From: Candidatus Culexmicrobium thermophilum | GTDB taxonomy: Archaea > Thermoproteota > Methanomethylicia > Culexarchaeales > B10-G16 | Reading direction: 5' to 3' | NCBI GenBank assembly: GCA_025061095.1 | Contig: JANZKB010000001.1 | Span: 1,078-65,077, forward strand | DNA length: 64,000 nt | Shown: piece by piece, positions 59,339 through 64,000 of the stretch | How positions within the stretch are numbered: the first letter of the stretch is position 1 | Layout: the number at the start of each line of letters is the position of its first letter | Program-made: the position numbers and the translations under genes | Notes under the pieces: generated by a model | The model's database searches: none | The model's input: the letters and a program-made list of their open reading frames with translations, nothing else | Told to the model about the DNA's origin: nothing

Positions 59339-60034
59339 ATGGGGACAGAGATTGCGAAGAGAAGGGCTGCAGAAGCAGCTTTAAAACATGTTGTAGATGG
59401 CCAAATTATAGGGCTTGGCTCTGGCACCACGATGAAACACTTCATAGATTTATTGAGCAAAAAGATTGAGAGAGAAAAATTAAATGTTGAAGTTGCAGCC
59501 TCTTCATTTCAAGTATATTTAGAAGCAGCTAGGAAGGAATTGAAAGTTTTAGATGCATATAGTTTAAGCGAGGTTGATCTCACAATTGACGGGGCAGATG
59601 AGATAGATAGCTCACTAAATCTCTTAAAGGGAGGAGGAGCAGCTTTAACTAGGGAAAAAATCCTTGCAGAAATGTCTAAAAAATATGTGATCATAGCTGA
59701 TTACACTAAGCTTGTAACTAGAATAGGGGAGAAGCATCCGATTCCAATAGAAATATTGCCATTCGGTTGGAAAGGCACAATAAAAAGGTTAAGTAGATTC
59801 GGCAGGGTGGAAGTGAGAAACTGTAAAGGAGGTAAAGTTGGACCGGTAATAACGGATAACGGAAACCTCATAGTCGATCTTCACCTTGAAAGAGAATATG
59901 TGGAGATCGAAAAAATTGAGAGAAGGATAAAGAATATAGTTGGAGTAGTGGAGGTAGGAATCTTCAGCGGTCTAGCTGATATAGCCTATATTGGATATGA
60001 AGATCATGTTGAAATATTGAATCGTAATCGTTAG
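59339..60034 (+). CDS. rpiA: ribose-5-phosphate isomerase A
   Basis: GLGSGTT, DGADE, KGGGAALTREK motifs. Confidence 0.85.
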   Translation: MGTEIAKRRAAEAALKHVVDGQIIGLGSGTTMKHFIDLLSKKIEREKLNVEVAASSFQVYLEAARKELKVLDAYSLSEVDLTIDGADEIDSSLNLLKGGGAALTREKILAEMSKKYVIIADYTKLVTRIGEKHPIPIEILPFGWKGTIKRLSRFGRVEVRNCKGGKVGPVITDNGNLIVDLHLEREYVEIEKIERRIKNIVGVVEVGIFSGLADIAYIGYEDHVEILNRNR

Positions 60035-60149
60035 CTTAGAAAATTAATGTAACGATATTTGAATGGAGTCTAATATAACTTTAAAACATCGGTTTGAATT
60101 TCGGTTTTCACAACAAATTTTAAGTAGCCTTTGTAGAGTGTTCCGAGTG

Positions 60150-60330
60150 GAAATGGAATCTCTAAATGTGAACAAAAATTGGAAAAGATGAAAAACTTAG
60201 CTTAGAAAATAGCGAAGGAGAAAAAAGAAGAGAAAGATGTCATTGCAATTCTTCTTTTTGGATCAGTGGCTAAGGGTAGCATATACTTTAAAAAGCAGGC
60301 CGCCTTCTCTAATATTCATTGTCTAATTTC
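60150..60330 (+). pseudogene. decayed minimal nucleotidyltransferase (MNT-type) gene fragment
   Basis: translation ...KDVIAILLFGSVAKGS... (LFGSxAxG NTase motif) with in-frame stop upstream and no DxD. Confidence 0.4.
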
Positions 60331-60479
60331 CATTAAGAAAAAGTTCATCTCACTTGTTTCGTGCTTTTTAGTGTGAAATCTTAAGAAATTCTTTGGAGCC
60401 TTGGGCTAGTTTAAATATCCGTTTAAATTTTCGATGTTCTTTAGATTCATAAGAAAATCTAAAGTTAAGAAGATGATCA

Positions 60480-61290
60480 AATTAGAAAGGGTGACAACTT
60501 GATTTATGATAAATACGGGGAATATTATGACCTAGTATACAGCGCGAAAAATCATGATGATGAATATGAAAGTCTCATTAGTTACTTCAAGAGGTTTTGA
60601 AAAACAAGACTAAAAGTATACTCGATGTTGAATGTAGAACTGGTAATCATAGTATACGTTTTGGTTTCTTAAAGTGGCTATAATGTAGTCGGCGTTGACT
60701 TATCCGAAGTTATGATAAATCAAGCTAAAAGAAAAGGTGAGGGGAGAAACTTGCCTGTCAAATTCTTTGTCCAAGACATGGGGAAACTCAGCCTAAAAAG
60801 AAATTTGACGCAGTTTTATGCCTTTTCGGAACATTTGATTACTGTACACGTGACGAAGAGATTCTTAAAACCTTTAAAAAATGGGGAATCATTTGAAAAA
60901 AGACGATTTATTCATCTTTGATTTCTTCCCCCTTCACGCATATGTCGGAAGAGAAAGCCACTGAAGCATTCACGAAGTAGAAAATAAAATATACATCTTG
61001 AGAATAATCGATACTTCCCTTAATCTCGAAACGAATATAGTAGAATTCAAAATAAAATGTAAGGTCATAAAGAACGGAGGTCTCAAGATTCATCGACCGT
61101 TTTGAGGAAGAACATAAAATAAGAATATTCACACCACCGGAAATAGCACATCTATTGAAAGAAACAGGTTTTAAGCCTTTAGGCTTCTTTAATGTTAATT
61201 GGCAAGCCGAAAGACCCTACAGCCTAGACAGCATTACCCTTCAAACCACTAACATAGCATGCGTAGCTAAAAATTTGGGGAAATAGAACA
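60480..61290 (+). pseudogene. decayed class I SAM-dependent methyltransferase gene (multiple frameshifts/stops)
   Basis: pieces across frames: YDKYGEYYDLVY..., ILDVECRTGNHSIRF (motif I GxGxG changed to ECRTG), VVGVDLSEVMINQAKRKGEG, LFIFDFF. Confidence 0.55.
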
Positions 61291-61416
61291 AATACGCGGT
61301 CTCAAGATATATTGGTGCTCCGAAATAGCTTTAGAGGCGGGTTTAAATTTTCTGTTTTTGTAACCACTATACTAAAAATTATAAATCACCCCAATTTTTA
61401 GATATATTGAGGATAG

Positions 61417-62106
61417 TTGATGAGTGCGTTGTTAGGTATTATGAATAAATTATTGAAAGAGGCCTCACTATATTTGGATTTAATCAAGACTAATAAGGGT
61501 GAAATCCGGATTTCTATAGAGCTCTTAGACACCAGAGAAGTTGCAACATTGACGCTAGGAGAGAAAATTGAGGTTATTGATGGTTCTGTAAACCCCGATT
61601 GTAAAATAAGTATGAAAAGGCAAGTTTTGAAAGATATTGTTGAGGGAAGGGCGGATGTCTTTGCGCTGGCTGGTAGAGGTAGAGCAGACGAAGTAAGACC
61701 CATAGAATTTGAAATCTACAACAAAGAACGCTTAAAAGAGATATGGGAAACTGTGAGAGCATTGTTAACTTATTTCTTTATTCCTGGAAGAATCAAAGTT
61801 AGAAATCTTCGTCCAGAATTGGCTGGATATGCCCATGGAGCACATCCTATCCCCATACTTTATTGGAATGGACTGCGATTTGCCTGGTATATAGTAAAAG
61901 CCGGAGAAATCCTCAACAAAGAGAAAACTAAAGATCCATGGCCCCAAATGTTCATAATCCTGAAAGGAAAAGGGAAAGTAATCATACAGGATGAACAATT
62001 TGAAATAAAACCTAACACTGTAATCTACATACCCAGAAACTCCATCCACCAAATAACCGCAAAAGAAGATGTAGAACTATTCTGGATGGCATGGCAAACC
62101 CACTAG
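61417..62106 (+). CDS. SCP2 sterol-carrier-like domain fused to cupin domain
   Basis: N-terminal SCP2-like region ...ADVFALAGRGR; C-terminal cupin region. Confidence 0.45.
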   Translation: MMSALLGIMNKLLKEASLYLDLIKTNKGEIRISIELLDTREVATLTLGEKIEVIDGSVNPDCKISMKRQVLKDIVEGRADVFALAGRGRADEVRPIEFEIYNKERLKEIWETVRALLTYFFIPGRIKVRNLRPELAGYAHGAHPIPILYWNGLRFAWYIVKAGEILNKEKTKDPWPQMFIILKGKGKVIIQDEQFEIKPNTVIYIPRNSIHQITAKEDVELFWMAWQTH

Positions 62107-62198
62107 CAGTAATAGGAACGAAATTTATTCAAAGAATACATTTAAAATGAAATCGCTTTTACAGAAAAAGATCGGTAAGTTGGATAGTTCAATTTTGG

Positions 62199-62271
62199 AG
62201 CCCCGGGCGGGATTCGAACCCGCGACCAACGGCTTACGAGGCCGCCGCTCTAACCGCTGAGCTACCGGGGC
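62199..62271 (-). tRNA. tRNA-Thr (CGT)
   Basis: minus-strand cloverleaf: acceptor GCCCCGG, anticodon loop CTCGTAA, T loop TTCGAAT. Confidence 0.8.
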
Positions 62272-62339
62272 AACATTTATCTAATCAGCTTCTAAATAGA
62301 TTATTGCTCAAAATTTATATTTAATTCCGTTTCCGGTTA

Positions 62340-63539
62340 TTGGAAGATCAAATTATAATGTATGGAGGAGTCAACGTGGGTGGAGCTTCAGTCACAGCCA
62401 AGTATAATATAACAGTTTATTTCGAAGTTGAAGGAATCGTTGAGAAACCTGATGTGATCGGGGCGATCTTCGGGCAAACTGAAGGATTACTTGGAGATGA
62501 GATGGATTTACGTGAACTACAGAGAACGGGGAGGATAGGTAGAATACAGGTTAAATTAGAAACACGTGGAGGGAGAACTACAGGAGAAGTGGTGATACCG
62601 TCAAGTTTGGATAAGGTGGAGACGGCTTTAATGGCAGCTGCCATTGAGACTATAGATAAAGTCGGCCCATGCTCCGCTAGATTTTATTTAAAGGATATAG
62701 AAGATCTTAGAGTTGCAAAGAGGAAGAAGGTTATTGAAAGGGCTAAGGAGATTTTGCGTAAATGGGAGAGGGAAAAGGTTCCTGAAACTAGGGAGATCAT
62801 AGAGAAAATATTAAAGGAAATTAGGATGGCAGAAGTGATAAAGTTTGGCGAGGAAAAATTACCGGCGGGACCGGATGTACCTTACGATGATACTGTGATC
62901 ATAGTGGAGGGAAGAGCCGATGTGATAAATCTGCTTAGACATGGCTATAGAAATGCCATTGCGATAGAGGGAGCATCTATTCCTAAAACGATAATAGAGC
63001 TTACCAGAAAGAAAACGTCGATAGCCTTCGTAGATGGAGATCGTGCAGGGGAATTAATATTGAAGGAACTTCTACAGGTGGCTGATATAGATTATGTTGC
63101 TAGAGCACCGCCAGGTAAAGAAGTGGAGGAATTAACAGCGAAGGAGATAGTTAAATGTCTTTCTAACATGGTTTCCGCTGAGAATTACATTACTCAAATA
63201 GAAAAATCAACATTGGAGAAGCAGAAGTTGAAGAAGACTGCGATCCAAGTAATTCCGGAAAAAGTAAAGGAGAGGATAAGAGAGTACATTGGTACACTTA
63301 AGGCGACAATATATGATGAAAAATGGAACGAGATTAAAGAATTGCCGGTAAGAGATTTAGCTGAAGAACTTCATAAAATAAGAAATGCACATGCTATAAT
63401 ATTTGATGGTGTTATAACTCAGAGAATAGTGGATCTAGCTGGGGATAAAGATGTAAAGATTATTGTTGGAGCGAGGGTGGGAAGTATTACTAAGAGGCCT
63501 GTAAATTTAACACTTTTAACTTTCGATGAAATTCTTTGA
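62340..63539 (+). CDS. dnaG: archaeal DnaG-like primase (TOPRIM)
   Basis: TOPRIM motifs IIVEGRADVINL...DGDRAGE. Confidence 0.75.
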   Translation: MEDQIIMYGGVNVGGASVTAKYNITVYFEVEGIVEKPDVIGAIFGQTEGLLGDEMDLRELQRTGRIGRIQVKLETRGGRTTGEVVIPSSLDKVETALMAAAIETIDKVGPCSARFYLKDIEDLRVAKRKKVIERAKEILRKWEREKVPETREIIEKILKEIRMAEVIKFGEEKLPAGPDVPYDDTVIIVEGRADVINLLRHGYRNAIAIEGASIPKTIIELTRKKTSIAFVDGDRAGELILKELLQVADIDYVARAPPGKEVEELTAKEIVKCLSNMVSAENYITQIEKSTLEKQKLKKTAIQVIPEKVKERIREYIGTLKATIYDEKWNEIKELPVRDLAEELHKIRNAHAIIFDGVITQRIVDLAGDKDVKIIVGARVGSITKRPVNLTLLTFDEIL

Positions 63540-63577
63540 GGTTTATGTAAAATTGGAACAGTCTGTGAGGTTAACAG

Positions 63578-64000
63578 TTATGGAGATCGCTTAATAAACC
63601 AAGAGTCTAGAGTAGAAGTTTTTCTGAGGAAATTTTTCTCAGTTACGTTAAATATGGAAAGTATTCTCAGTGCAGCAGGAATTACTTGTTTTGAAATATA
63701 GTAATCAATGTCAATGTCGCTGTAATTCACCATGAAATATGGTTTCGCCCTTTCAGATAATTTTTTGGAATCTCCTTTAGTGACTACATATCCCACTTTG
63801 TCACCTACATTTATAGCGTATCCCATGTCGATTAGTGATTTTGCAACTGCCACATGTGGCGGAACAACTTCATATTTATCTATGGGTCGAGATATAGTCT
63901 TCCATATAATCAGCTTTTCAAACAGTATTTTCTGTCTTTTCAGATTTGAAATAATGCCATTTACATATTTTATTGCTGGGAGAGGAGATTTAGCTTTGAG
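63578..64000 (-). CDS. polB: family B DNA polymerase, C-terminal end (gene continues beyond window)
   Basis: ...VVPPHVAVAKSLIDMGY...NYSDIDIDYYISKQVIPAALRIL matches archaeal PolB C-terminus; ORF open at window edge. Confidence 0.6.
   Translation of the reverse strand, partial: LKAKSPLPAIKYVNGIISNLKRQKILFEKLIIWKTISRPIDKYEVVPPHVAVAKSLIDMGYAINVGDKVGYVVTKGDSKKLSERAKPYFMVNYSDIDIDYYISKQVIPAALRILSIFNVTEKNFLRKTSTLDSWFIKRSP

Noticed and set aside
1-64000. CRISPR arrays / cas genes
   Set aside because: I scanned for 24-40-nt direct repeats with regular spacing; the only tandem repeat (43443-43660) has ~10-nt units with no spacers, and no Cas-like proteins were recognised.

Overview
This 64-kb window is archaeal chromosomal DNA, about 40% GC with A-rich coding strands, and looks like a crenarchaeon of the Thermoproteales type, though I cannot verify that. 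Supporting hallmarks are TFB, thermosome subunits, fibrillarin/Nop5, Gar1, SRP19, r-proteins S8e/S30e/L10e, archaeal DnaG, a PolB C-terminus, a stand-alone 5S rRNA and intron-bearing tRNAs (tRNA-Trp has two introns). About 75 protein genes are densely packed and mostly housekeeping. Recognisable groups include the archaeal modified mevalonate-pathway genes (UbiD-like decarboxylase plus AcnX large and small subunits), PyrD/PyrK, glycine-cleavage P-protein subunits, an ABC-2 exporter, a Clp1 kinase–RNase-H-like nuclease–RadA-paralog cluster, and a HypE-like/PP-loop pair. RNA genes are seven tRNAs (Asn-GTT, two CAT, Leu-CAG with intron, Cys-GCA, Trp-CCA with two introns, Thr-CGT), one 5S rRNA (minus strand) and an unassigned ~205-nt GC-rich candidate structured RNA. 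The main unexplained region is a ~3-kb accessory island at 43.2–46.3 kb. It holds a tandem iteron-like TTTTCGCTC repeat array, a frameshifted RidA gene, and a 336-aa gene fusing a PUA-like (EVE-type) domain to an Mrr/NucS-like PD-(D/E)xK nuclease with chimeric codon usage. This fusion is a predicted, uncharacterised modification-dependent (type IV-like) restriction enzyme, and a second stand-alone EVE-like ORF with no canonical start codon sits next to it. Other accessory signals are an IS607-like remnant (HTH-only TnpA stub plus TnpB pseudogene) between two convergent tRNA genes, an H+-pyrophosphatase C-terminal fragment beside an intron-containing tRNA, and a cluster of decayed genes (nucleotidyltransferase, SAM methyltransferase) whose lesions are mostly G-to-A changes. 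No CRISPR array was found. All calls rest on reading the sequence and ORF translations by eye; no database searches were run.
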